Shown here: positions 1 through 9,357 of the stretch, in pieces | Numbering within the stretch: position 1 is the stretch's first letter | How the letters are laid out: each line of letters starts with the position of its first letter | Source of the DNA: an uncultured Acidobacteriota bacterium | GTDB lineage: Bacteria; Acidobacteriota; Terriglobia; Acidiferrales; UBA7541 | Length of the DNA: 40,000 nt | Direction of reading: 5' to 3' | Assembly: GCA_963786215.1 (NCBI GenBank) | Contig: CAWAYK010000008.1 | Span: 166,693-206,692, forward strand | The notes under the pieces: generated by a model | Seen by the model: only the letters and a program-made list of their open reading frames with translations | Database searches by the model: none | What the model was told of the DNA's origin: nothing | Position numbers and translations under genes: made by a program

Positions 1-581
1 TTGAAGTTTCCGGCGACCGCAAGCACGAAGTGCTGCAACATTTGCTCGGAAAAGAAACCGGCCGTTGCCTGATTTTTGCGCGCACCAAGCGTGGAACAGA
101 CAAGCTGGCCCGCAACCTTATCCGCGATGGATACGCCGCTGCCGTGATTCACGGTGACCGGTCGCAATCCCAGCGGACCGCGGCTCTCACCGGCTTTCAA
201 CAGGGGCGCTATCGCATTCTTGTTGCCACGGATGTGGCGGCACGCGGAATTCACGTGCAGGATATCGCACACGTCATCAATTACGACCTGCCGGATATCG
301 CGGAAAACTTCATCCACCGTGTAGGCCGCACAGGCCGCGCGGGCAAGAGCGGCGTCGCCTCCACACTCTATGGCCGCGAACAGCGGTCCGAGATGCTTCA
401 TCTGGAGCGCACGCTCGGCATTCGCATGGAGCGGATGCAAGCGGATGGCACCAGCATTCCCGAAAAAAAGGAACGCACGACGCCCGTGGTGCAACGCTTT
501 CCGTTAGCGTCCGCAAAGGCGCCCATTTCGGGGATGGTTCGCCTTCCCGGCGAAATCATGGAAGCTCAGCTGGAAAACTAA
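1..581 (+). CDS. DEAD/DEAH-box RNA helicase, C-terminal part (5' end lies outside window)
   Basis: Frame is open from base 3. Helicase C-domain blocks are present: ILVATDVAARGIH and HRVGRTGRAG (motif VI). Stop at 579-581. Confidence 0.9.
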   Translation, partial: EVSGDRKHEVLQHLLGKETGRCLIFARTKRGTDKLARNLIRDGYAAAVIHGDRSQSQRTAALTGFQQGRYRILVATDVAARGIHVQDIAHVINYDLPDIAENFIHRVGRTGRAGKSGVASTLYGREQRSEMLHLERTLGIRMERMQADGTSIPEKKERTTPVVQRFPLASAKAPISGMVRLPGEIMEAQLEN

Positions 582-593
582 CTAAACACAACT

Positions 594-643
594 CACGCCG
601 GAAAGCTGCGATTTCGAGCTGCCTTCCGGCGTGTTTTTATTTT
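594..643 (+). terminator. Rho-independent terminator candidate after the helicase gene
   Basis: 10-bp stem cacgccggaa (594-603) / ttccggcgtg (624-633), followed directly by tttttatttt. Confidence 0.6.
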
Positions 644-679
644 ACGCGGGAATAATTAATGTCTGTGCCAGCCATGCAG

Positions 680-2103
680 CCGTAGCGGCACGGCACGCCG
701 CAAGGCTGTCCAAATTAGGAGACGTGAGCGGGAGCGCGACTTGAAAAGACGGTGTTTGTGGGCGCCATGGACGCGAGTGGCTTATTAGGTTGGGGCTGTG
801 CTGTCCTAATAGCATGTTAAAAAGGCAGCGCCAACTGGCCATCGTGTAGGCCTGCCAAAGCGGGCGGAGCTTGGAACGGTTCGTCCAGCCAAGCTTGTAA
901 ATCGCGATAAACAAAGAGTTGTTGGCGTAGCAGAGCGACCAGATTCGATAACGACCAGCCGTAGCGGGCCCGCAGTTGCAAGTATTTCAAGAGCAGGATG
1001 GCGATCAGTGCTGTCCAAATTTGAGTGTGCAACGCGTTGGCGCTAGTGCCTACGAAGGTTTTGATGCGCAAGTTCTGCTTCAAATAGCGGAAGAAGACTT
1101 CGATCCTCCAGCGTTCTCGATAGATTTGCGCGATGGTCGTGGATCCAAAGCTGAGGTGGTTGCTCAGTAGCACGAGAACCTCCTGCCGTTCCTGTATCCA
1201 CACTTCGACACGCCGGAATCGCGCTGTCTGCCTGTAGTGATGACTGCCCAAGGCGATGATTTCATCTTTGAGGATGTGGCGATTCTTTGGAATTGGCCGG
1301 GATTCCAGAACACGATAGTGAGCGTCATGACGCAGGCGAGTTACAAAGAACACCCCGCGATCGGTGAGTCTTTGATACCACTGGTAGTCCACATAGCCGC
1401 GATCAAAAACTAAAATAGTGCCGGGAGCAAACGAAAGTGTGCGCGCTATTTTCACCTCGGAAGCGTTTGCTTCGGTGAGAACCGCATAACACGGCAGATG
1501 TCCATCGTGGTCCAAAACTAAGTGCAACTTGGATGCGCCTTTGGCTTGCTGGTATTGGGCCCAGTCAAACATGGTGGCGCAGAGATCGATAAGTGTGCCG
1601 TCGATGCTCAGCAGTGGATTGCGAAAACGGAATCCGTGTCGCGTTCCTGCGACCTGTTGGCAACGAGCAAATAAACAGTAGAAAACTTTCTGATACAACA
1701 GCCAGGGTCGGTGTTCGTTGGCGTAGGCCAGCGTGGATTTCTTGGGTGCTCGAGGAACGCCCAGATGTTTCAGTTTGCCTTCACAACCCGCCAGTCCTCC
1801 GCAAATTTCACGTAGCGACCGAGCTTGCCCTAACTGGCAAAACATCATGGCCACGAATTGCCCCCAGCAAGTAAATCCGCGGGCATGGCGCTCGGCACGG
1901 GTCGCTCGAACAATCTGTTCAAATTCCAGACGAGGAAAAAACTGTAACAGCTGAGAAAAAATGCTGCATACTCGGTTCAAGGCGGAATCTCCTGTCCTGA
2001 AAAGTTGGTTCTTGTCATGGAACCCAACCTAAAGTAACAGGCCTTTCCGCCCTATATCGAAAACCTAATTTGGACAAGCTTGCGGCATGCCGTGCCCCTA
2101 CGG
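680..2103 (-). mobile_element. IS4-family insertion sequence, 1424 bp
   Basis: 40-bp terminal inverted repeats: 680-719 matches the reverse complement of 2064-2103 at 36/40. A single transposase ORF lies inside. No flanking direct repeat found. Confidence 0.85.
817..1980 (-). CDS. IS4-family DDE transposase
   Basis: 387-aa intact ORF. The C-terminal YRERWRIEVFFRYLK fits the IS4 Y-(2)-R-(3)-E-(6)-K signature. The N-terminal block HARGFTCWGQFVAMMFCQL is typical of DUF4372-type IS4 transposases. Confidence 0.9.
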   Translation of the reverse strand: MNRVCSIFSQLLQFFPRLEFEQIVRATRAERHARGFTCWGQFVAMMFCQLGQARSLREICGGLAGCEGKLKHLGVPRAPKKSTLAYANEHRPWLLYQKVFYCLFARCQQVAGTRHGFRFRNPLLSIDGTLIDLCATMFDWAQYQQAKGASKLHLVLDHDGHLPCYAVLTEANASEVKIARTLSFAPGTILVFDRGYVDYQWYQRLTDRGVFFVTRLRHDAHYRVLESRPIPKNRHILKDEIIALGSHHYRQTARFRRVEVWIQERQEVLVLLSNHLSFGSTTIAQIYRERWRIEVFFRYLKQNLRIKTFVGTSANALHTQIWTALIAILLLKYLQLRARYGWSLSNLVALLRQQLFVYRDLQAWLDEPFQAPPALAGLHDGQLALPF

Positions 2104-2106
2104 TCG

Positions 2107-2703
2107 CTATTCGCGACGGCCGAACGTGTAGATCAAGTTTACCGTCGCTCGCAAGTTGGTCTGCGCCTCGAACGCCACGTTTGAATTGAAGAATGAAGTG
2201 CGCACATACTCTACTTCCGGGCGCACGGCGAATGCCGGCGAAATCCGGACTTGAAATCCCGCGCCGCCTGCCCATCCCGGGTGATTCACGAATCCCCGCA
2301 CCATCGTCCCGTCGTTCTCGAACGTCACTCCGGTCACTCTGGCTCCGCCCACCAACACCTGTGCATGAATATCGAATTTTCTCTGCCGAACCGGATAGAT
2401 AACTGGCCCGCCCATGTACGTCAAGATATCAGCCACGCGGCCCGTCTGAAACGCATCCGGAGAACGCGAATAACCCACTTCCAGTTTCACTCCAAAGCGC
2501 GCATTCAGATCGCCACTGGCCGACAACGGGATTCCTTTCATCGCCAAATGCCCCTGTGACGGAATGTTCGACTGCACATACGAGTAACCGACACCCCCGT
2601 CGAACACGGGCGCGACTCCGGCAATCACGGGTCCCTGCGCGCGCGCTTGCGTCGCCAGCCCCAGCGTGAACAGCAGGAGTGACAATTTGAGAATCGTTCT
2701 CAT
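2107..2703 (-). CDS. Outer-membrane beta-barrel protein (porin/OmpA-like barrel family)
   Basis: Signal peptide MRTILKLSLLLFTLGLATQARA from the internal ATG at 2703. Alternating beta-strand pattern, with aromatic C-proximal strand NLIYTF. Confidence 0.65.
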   Translation of the reverse strand: MRTILKLSLLLFTLGLATQARAQGPVIAGVAPVFDGGVGYSYVQSNIPSQGHLAMKGIPLSASGDLNARFGVKLEVGYSRSPDAFQTGRVADILTYMGGPVIYPVRQRKFDIHAQVLVGGARVTGVTFENDGTMVRGFVNHPGWAGGAGFQVRISPAFAVRPEVEYVRTSFFNSNVAFEAQTNLRATVNLIYTFGRRE

Positions 2704-2767
2704 AAGCTGGGTGTCCCTCCCTGTTTTTGTATTCATGGCAATTTTGCTCCGGCGAACTCTTCCGCGA

Positions 2768-4120
2768 TTAGCCCAGGAATCCCAGATTGCTGGTCGAAAA
2801 ATTCACCAGGTGCGGAAAAATAGAGGGCAGGTTTGCCGCGCTCACTCCAAACCACGTCGCCAGAGTCGTTGCATATTGATCGAGCGCTGTCGTGGGAATA
2901 AATCGACCGTTCTGGTCGGCATCGTTTGGCCCGCCCAGGACAAGAGTTGGGAATTGTCCATAGATCGCGTTGCCTTTCACCGCGCCTCCAAGAATGAATT
3001 GATGGCCGCCCCATGCGTGGTCCGAGCCGCCGCTGGAGCCCGGTTCGAGCGTGCGGCTGAACTCGGAAAGCGTAAACTGGGTCACTTGATTCGCTACTCC
3101 CAATTCCTGTGTGGCTTGATAAAACGACGACATGCTCTTGCTGACGTCCGAGAGCAGTTGCACTTGCTGCGGCAATTGGTCCGCGTGCGTGTCGAATCCG
3201 CCGACGGCACAGAAGAAAATCTGTCGTTGCACGCCCAGGGCGCTGCGCGCGGAAATTACTTGCGCGATCTGCTGCAATTGCTGTCCCAGATAACTACCCG
3301 GGAATTGTGTCTGTAACGGCGGAATATTTTTCAGCGCGTCCGACAAAACCTGATCGAACTTCACCGCTTGTCCGGTTACGGCGTTTGCCGCCTGCACCAT
3401 GGACAGTCCGCTGTCAAAGGTAAGCAATTGCTGAGTCGCGGCATACCGTGCTTGCGATGCCGCCGACACATGGAAGCCCACGAGGCCAGGCGGTTGCCCG
3501 GGGTCCATTGAGAACGGCCGCGTGCTGACGCCAGTGCAGAAAACGGGGCTGCCGGAAATCGAAAGAATCGGCGGAAACTGTGCCGAGGCGTTGAATGTCT
3601 GGACATTGTCGGCGATCTTGCCGGCCCAGCCGGATACCGGAGTTCCCGCAAGTTGCGCGCTCTGCCACTGATCCTGCTGGTCCGAGTGCGAAAATAGATT
3701 TTCCGGCAAATTTTGAAATGCGCGGTAGGCCGCTTGCGTCGTTGGCTGCACCAGCGTGCCAACGTTCGCAACAATCGCCAGAGATTTTTGATTGTTGAAG
3801 AACGCCTGCATCTCCGGCATGTTCGGATGCAATCCGTAAATCGATTGTCCGTTTATTTGCAGCGGCAGCAACTGGCTTTGCGGCAGCGCCAGTACGCTGC
3901 GCGATTGCAAATACTTCGTGTAGCGCGAGTCCGTTGGCACCAGCATGTTATTGCTGTCATTTCCGCCAAACATAAAAATGCACACCAGCGCTTTGTAATC
4001 CGTTGTGCCTTGTGCCAGCGCGCTCACCAGCCCGAATTTGCTCAGTCCTCCCACCAGGCTTGCGCCTGCCGCCGAGCAGCATGCCAATCGCAACAAGTCT
4101 CTTCGTGTGTGTCGGGTCAT
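2768..4120 (-). CDS. DUF1501 domain protein (sulfatase-like fold, Tat-exported)
   Basis: Tat-type N-terminus (TRRDLLRL). Conserved blocks FGGNDSNNMLVP, GGFDTHA and GSDHAWGG. RBS GAGGAG lies upstream of the ATG at 4120. Confidence 0.9.
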   Translation of the reverse strand: MTRHTRRDLLRLACCSAAGASLVGGLSKFGLVSALAQGTTDYKALVCIFMFGGNDSNNMLVPTDSRYTKYLQSRSVLALPQSQLLPLQINGQSIYGLHPNMPEMQAFFNNQKSLAIVANVGTLVQPTTQAAYRAFQNLPENLFSHSDQQDQWQSAQLAGTPVSGWAGKIADNVQTFNASAQFPPILSISGSPVFCTGVSTRPFSMDPGQPPGLVGFHVSAASQARYAATQQLLTFDSGLSMVQAANAVTGQAVKFDQVLSDALKNIPPLQTQFPGSYLGQQLQQIAQVISARSALGVQRQIFFCAVGGFDTHADQLPQQVQLLSDVSKSMSSFYQATQELGVANQVTQFTLSEFSRTLEPGSSGGSDHAWGGHQFILGGAVKGNAIYGQFPTLVLGGPNDADQNGRFIPTTALDQYATTLATWFGVSAANLPSIFPHLVNFSTSNLGFLG

Positions 4121-4151
4121 CCTCGCTCCTCAACTTTAGTGCTGCGCTGGC

Positions 4152-6140
4152 TTAGTGCTGCGTCTGATACATCGAAGACGAAAGGTAAAGATAGATCGCC
4201 GCCCTTGCCTGACCCGTGGTGTCCGCGGGATCGAGCGCAGCAAGCGCAGTAAGAATCGTTTGCTTCATTTGGGTCGGCGTGCTGCTGTGCAGGAACAGTG
4301 CGTCAAGCCACGCCACCATCTGGTCCGTGGTGCCAGCGGTGATCACGGGACTAAAATCCAGCGTCGTGAACTGTCCGAGGGCCTGATAAACCGCCGCGTT
4401 AATGAAGTTCATGCGTGCCAGGCTTGTGTTCGTGTCGAATATCGCGAACTCGGGCCCATTCAATGACGTGCCCGCAATCGGATTGACGGGCGGGAAGAAA
4501 TTGAACACTGTCGATGGATTAAAAATGTCTTGCGACATGTTAGCACTCCAATTCGACAGCCCGCCCGCGTCGGTTTTTGCATGGAAGGCTCGCGCAATAC
4601 TCGCAATCAACACCACGGGCTCACGCAGCTTGCCGTCTGTTACAACCACCGTCGCCGGGTTGTCGCCCCGCCGCGCTTCCGGATCCAGCAGGATCGCCGC
4701 GACCATCGCCTGCATGTCCCCGCGTTTTCCCGACCCATAACTGTTAAAAGTGCCGGTGCTGAATGCCGTGGCAACACGCTGCACATATGCAGGGCTGGGA
4801 TTGCTGGTGACCAGATGCTCGATCATCTGCTTCGCAACGAACGGCCCCACGTTTGGATGATTGAAAATAATTCCCAGAGCCGACGCCAAATCCTGCTCTG
4901 CGCTCTGGCCCGCTGGAATCGATTGACCCAAAATCGTTTTTGGTCCGAAATCGTGCAAGCTTTCCACCGCGATCATCGAGCCACCGTAGTATTGCGGATT
5001 GTGATTCTGCGAAGACTTGCCCGGCGTCACTGGGTATGTCCATCCCGTGAATGCGCGGCCCAAGTCCATGACGTCGTTTTGTGTGTACGTCGGGACTGGA
5101 TTTCCGTTGCCATCGAGCACCGGCGTTCCATCCGGATTCAACTGGTTCAATCCCAGAGTGAACAACTGCATGATTTCGCGGGCGTAGTTTTCGTTGGCGT
5201 GTTCTCCTGGAGGCGGCGCGTCGTTGTTCACCATTTCAAGAAAGTTCCCATCGCCGGAGTCATGGTCGCATCCGTCATCACATTCAGGTAATTTCCCAGC
5301 GCATCCTTGTCGAGCGCGCGCAGGTAATTCGTGTACCCCAGCGGGTCGTTCACTGTATTCGCGCTTACCACCCAAAGTTCGTTCAGTGCCAACCCCACGC
5401 GCATGCGCAACTGATCCCCGCCCGCAATTGAATTCAGGAAAAATGACTGCTGCACATTGTTGACGCTGTCATTTACTCGCGGATTCGGATAAGGTGTGAC
5501 GGTTGAAGCAAACTGGTTTTGCAGATACTTATCAAAACCAATCTCCGCCACCTGGTTCACATTTTCGTTGTCCGGCCCGAACGAAGCCTGCTCCAGAAAA
5601 CGAACTGCCGCCACCGTAGTCTCGGGCGTACCCGCGGTCGTCGCGAGGGCGATATTTCCCATATAGGTGACCGCGCCCTGCGCGAAGTGCAACCCCGGTC
5701 AGCGTCAAAGTGAATGGGCCCTGGCCAACCGATAGCGGCGCCAGGTTTGTCAATTGCGGCACTGGATTATTCAGCGTGGCGCTGGCATTCCCGAGCATTT
5801 TACTGTTCGAAGTTTCGGCCGCGCTGATGGTGATGGAATTGGCAGTGGGCGGAAATTCCGGAGCGGTGTACATTCCGTTCGCGGCAATTGTCCCGATGCT
5901 TGCATTTCCGCCCGCGATCCCGTTGATTGACCAAATCACCGCAGGCTTCGATCCGTCACCAGTTTTCGCCGTGAACTGTTACTGCGTTACACCGGGGATC
6001 GACGCGCTCGGCGGCGTTACGGTCAACGCTGTCAGCCCCGGGCCACCCGCAGCTCCCGGGCCGCTCGGTAGAATTGCCTGGGCGCAACCACCCAGCAAAA
6101 CCACCAATGCAGACAGCATTACCAGTGCGGAACGCTTCAC
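4152..6140 (-). pseudogene. DUF1800 domain lipoprotein, disrupted by one in-frame stop and two frameshifts
   Basis: Four collinear ORF pieces. The first is a lipoprotein signal VKRSALVMLSALVVLLGGC with RBS AGGAGA and a GTG start at 6140. The second and third are Ig-like pieces, separated from the first by TAA at 5979-5981. DUF1800 blocks then follow (RFLEQASFGP, NENYAREIMQLFTLG). Frames switch near 5690-5700 (C4/G4 run) and near 5231-5245. Confidence 0.75.
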
Positions 6141-6373
6141 GGCTTCTCCTCTGATAGTTACAAGCAATACTTACAAACATGCTGGTGGTACACCCCAACG
6201 CCATCAAGGGCGGCGGGCGTTTCAAACTTCGGCGAGATTGGTTTTAGGAGGGTACTGGGGATGAACGGTAGAAACTACTGGCCCCACGTCCAGATTAGAA
6301 GCAACTGGTCTGCTGTCTCAGTGAAATTGGGACTGTACTTTTGTAGATGATCGTGACGGAAGAGACGGCTTTG

Positions 6374-6447
6374 GTAGCGCCGGCGTCTCGCCGACAGGTT
6401 TTGAGCATCACCACAGTGCAAAAAAGCCGGCGAGACGCCGGCGCTAC
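6374..6447. repeat. Palindromic extragenic element (20-bp perfect arms), possible bidirectional terminator
   Basis: gtagcgccggcgtctcgccg (6374-6393) is the exact reverse complement of 6428-6447. It abuts the stop of the metallophosphoesterase gene. Confidence 0.6.
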
Positions 6448-6929
6448 GAAAGCACTATTTCCAGCAAATTTATAAACGTGGCCTTCCACGGCTTTTGACT
6501 TAGATCGAGGCGTGCCACCGTTACCGGCAAATCAAATCGTCGCGGCCCCGCACTTCCCGGATTAAGAAACAGAACTCCGTCACTTTCCGTTTGTCCCGGC
6601 TTGTGCGAATGCCCGCTCACGACGATCTGAAAACCTGCGGCGGCGGGATTGAGATCGAGCGCGTGAACGTCGTGCAGAACGTAAATCGTGGCCAAATCCA
6701 ATTCAATGACTTCAGTTTCGGGCAAGGCCTGCGCCCATGCATCCGTGTCCACGTTTCCCCTCACCGCAAACACGGGCGCCAGCGTTTTTAGCGCATCAAG
6801 AATTTTCGGATCGCCTACGTCACCAGCGTGAATAATCAGGTCCGAGCCTTCGAGGGCGCGCAGCGCCTGCGGACGAAGCAGGCCATGAGTGTCTGAGATT
6901 ATGCAAATCGTTTTCGGATTTTTTTTCAT
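6444..6929 (-). CDS. Metallophosphoesterase family protein (YfcE/MJ0936-like)
   Basis: Motifs ICIISDTHG, HAGD, RGNVD and VSGHSH. Start placed at ATG 6929 (MKKNPKT); the longer track ORF has a non-homologous leader. Confidence 0.85.
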   Translation of the reverse strand: MKKNPKTICIISDTHGLLRPQALRALEGSDLIIHAGDVGDPKILDALKTLAPVFAVRGNVDTDAWAQALPETEVIELDLATIYVLHDVHALDLNPAAAGFQIVVSGHSHKPGQTESDGVLFLNPGSAGPRRFDLPVTVARLDLSQKPWKATFINLLEIVLS

Positions 6930-7096
6930 TGCCGCAAGTTTACCGCGCACCCCGATGAATGGCCACGAACAAGGCTGGCTAGGACGCCCAATTCTGGAGT
7001 ACGATTCCCTCAATAAAGGCTGCCCGGGCTGGGAGCCGAACTTTGACTTTTCCCATTTGAGATTTGCGAAGCGCGTTACGCCGGCAAGGAGACTCC

Positions 7097-8731
7097 ATGC
7101 ACAGGATACAAAAACTTTTCGCATTCATTGGTGCCACGATTTTCCTTACTGCTCTAGCGCATGGAGCGACGATTAGCGGAACGGTGAAAGGTCCTGACGG
7201 CGCGCCGTTTAAGGGCGCCTTTGTGTCGGCGCAAAATACGAAAACCAAAATTACGGTGAATGTGCTGTCGCACAAGGATGGCGCGTATCGAGTGGATGAT
7301 TTGCCCGCCGGTGAATATGTTTTGCGCATTCGCGCGGTTGGATATCAGGCTGACCCGCGCACGGGTGTTGCGTTGACTGCAAATCAATCGGCGTCCATGG
7401 ATTGGGCATTGAAGGCCGGGCCCGTGCGATGGCGCGATCTTTCCCTGTATCAGGGCGAAAAATTAATTCCGAATATTCGCGGCAAGGAAATGGTATTCGG
7501 TCCGCTGGCTAATTTTCGCGATGCTCCCTGCCAAATCTGCCACGGATTCCAAACCCGAATGGCCGCGATCTCGCGCGATTCCGATGGCGCAAAAGATCGC
7601 GTGGATTACATGCGAACCCGCATGCATTTTCTGCTGGGAACGATGGTGAACGATGAACAGGCGGACAAAGTGGCGTCGTTCATTTCGACTGCTTTCGGCC
7701 CCGAGTCCGTGCTGCCTAAATCTCCGGCGGATTTGGCGGAGTATAAAAATACCGTGCGCACATTCGACGACGATGCGATGAACATCGTTTACGTCGAATA
7801 CGATTTGCCCGGCCCAAATCGAATGCCGTGGAGCGCGGTGCCGGATAAAGAAGGAAACATCTGGATGCCGTATTACGGCGGCGCCAACATGATCGGAAAG
7901 CTCGATCCAGAAACCGGGGATGTCAAAGAATACGATATCCCGAATGAAAATGCGGTGGCCATTCACTCCGCGTATCCTGCCGCGGACGGCAGTGTTTGGC
8001 TCGCCGAGTTCGGGCTTAACAGATTGGGAAAGTTCGATCCGAAGACGCAAAAAATTTCGGAATTTGCCGACGCCTACACTCCGGGCAAGGAAGGTTTGGT
8101 TGCGGGAGGAAGCAAGCACACGGTTCGAGTGGGTCCGGACGGCGTAGCTTGGGCCAGCGGAACGCGAGTGAGCCGCTACGATCCAAAGACAGGAAAATTC
8201 ACTGACTTCAATGAGCCGACGTATGGCGTCGTCGTGGATAAATACGGTAACTGCTGGTTCTCAGAATATAATGCGGTCGGCAAAATTGGAAAAATTGACG
8301 GAAAAACTCTCGAAGTAAAAACCTGGGACCCGCCCGGAAGCAATACGGTGTACTCACGCCGAATTCAAATCGATTCGGATGGAATTGTCTGGTTCAGCCA
8401 ATCCGGCGCGGGACAAATTGGGCGATTCGATCCCAAGACCGAAACTTTCAAGAACTATACTTTGCCCGGACCGAATGCCAGCCCGTATGCGATGAACCTG
8501 GATCGCAATCATGACGTCTGGTATTCGTCGGAATATATGGATGAAGTGGGCCGCCTGAACACAACCACCGGAAAAGTCACGGAATATCCCTTCCCCCATT
8601 CCGAAATTACGTCGCGGGAATATTTTCTCGATGCGCAGGGACGCATGTGGTACGCGACGCCATCCAACAACAAAGTGGGATATTTCTATGTGGTCGGGCA
8701 GGGCACAATGGCCAGGAACGGCGGCCAGTAG
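7097..8731 (+). CDS. Secreted CarboxypepD_reg-like domain protein with CXXCH motif and 7-bladed Vgb-lyase-like beta-propeller
   Basis: RBS AAGGAG before ATG 7097, then a signal peptide. ISGTVKGPDGAPFKGAFV...AGEYVLRIRAVGY marks the CarboxypepD_reg fold. CQICH is encoded at 7529-7543. Seven repeats of the type xIGKxDPKTxxxxEY follow. Confidence 0.7.
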   Translation: MHRIQKLFAFIGATIFLTALAHGATISGTVKGPDGAPFKGAFVSAQNTKTKITVNVLSHKDGAYRVDDLPAGEYVLRIRAVGYQADPRTGVALTANQSASMDWALKAGPVRWRDLSLYQGEKLIPNIRGKEMVFGPLANFRDAPCQICHGFQTRMAAISRDSDGAKDRVDYMRTRMHFLLGTMVNDEQADKVASFISTAFGPESVLPKSPADLAEYKNTVRTFDDDAMNIVYVEYDLPGPNRMPWSAVPDKEGNIWMPYYGGANMIGKLDPETGDVKEYDIPNENAVAIHSAYPAADGSVWLAEFGLNRLGKFDPKTQKISEFADAYTPGKEGLVAGGSKHTVRVGPDGVAWASGTRVSRYDPKTGKFTDFNEPTYGVVVDKYGNCWFSEYNAVGKIGKIDGKTLEVKTWDPPGSNTVYSRRIQIDSDGIVWFSQSGAGQIGRFDPKTETFKNYTLPGPNASPYAMNLDRNHDVWYSSEYMDEVGRLNTTTGKVTEYPFPHSEITSREYFLDAQGRMWYATPSNNKVGYFYVVGQGTMARNGGQ

Positions 8732-8743
8732 GAGAGGCGCAGC

Positions 8744-9307
8744 ATGGCAGCTCAAAAACGAAATCGAGTTTTATTATTCAGTTTTATTGGAATTGTAATT
8801 ATTCTTGCAGGCGTTTTCGCGCTGAGGTCCTACGGACAATTTGAGCGCTCGAAATACACGAGCCCGTCCGCCAAGACTGAGGCCACAATCGCCGGCAAGA
8901 AAATCACGATCGACTATTACGCGCCTTCCATGCATGGCCGCAAAGTGATGGGAGGCCTGGTTCCATTCGGGGAAGTGTGGTGCACCGGCGCGAACTGGGC
9001 GACCAAGATTACGACTGAAGCGCCCCTTCAGATGGGCAATTTAAAACTTCCCGCCGGAAGCTACAGCATCTGGACGCTTCCCAACGCGAACGAATGGATC
9101 TTGATCGTCAATAAGCGGACGGGGCAGTTCCACAAAGACTACGATTCTTCGACGGATTTTGGCCGCACCAAAATGAATCTAAAAACGCTCCCTGCTCCCG
9201 TCGAAACCTTCAAAATTAATTTGAAGGATGACGGCGGCAAGCAGGGAACTCTCGCGCTCGATTGGGAAACGACGGAGGCGTCGATTCCTTTTACGGTACT
9301 ACCGTAA
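8744..9307 (+). CDS. DUF2911 domain protein
   Basis: RBS GGAGAGG, N-terminal membrane anchor, and family blocks IDYYAPSMHGRKVMGGLVPFGEVWCTGAN and AGSYSIWTLP. Confidence 0.8.
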   Translation: MAAQKRNRVLLFSFIGIVIILAGVFALRSYGQFERSKYTSPSAKTEATIAGKKITIDYYAPSMHGRKVMGGLVPFGEVWCTGANWATKITTEAPLQMGNLKLPAGSYSIWTLPNANEWILIVNKRTGQFHKDYDSSTDFGRTKMNLKTLPAPVETFKINLKDDGGKQGTLALDWETTEASIPFTVLP

Positions 9308-9357
9308 TTTTTCGGAAATGCGACCCTGTTCTTTTAATTCAAAATTAAAGCTGCCGT

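Noticed and set aside
2107-2121. OMP C-terminus GRRE after the aromatic YTF strand, as a possible IS-created extension
   Set aside because: These codons lie outside the IS boundary (the IS ends at 2103), so the tail is native sequence and not transposon-derived.
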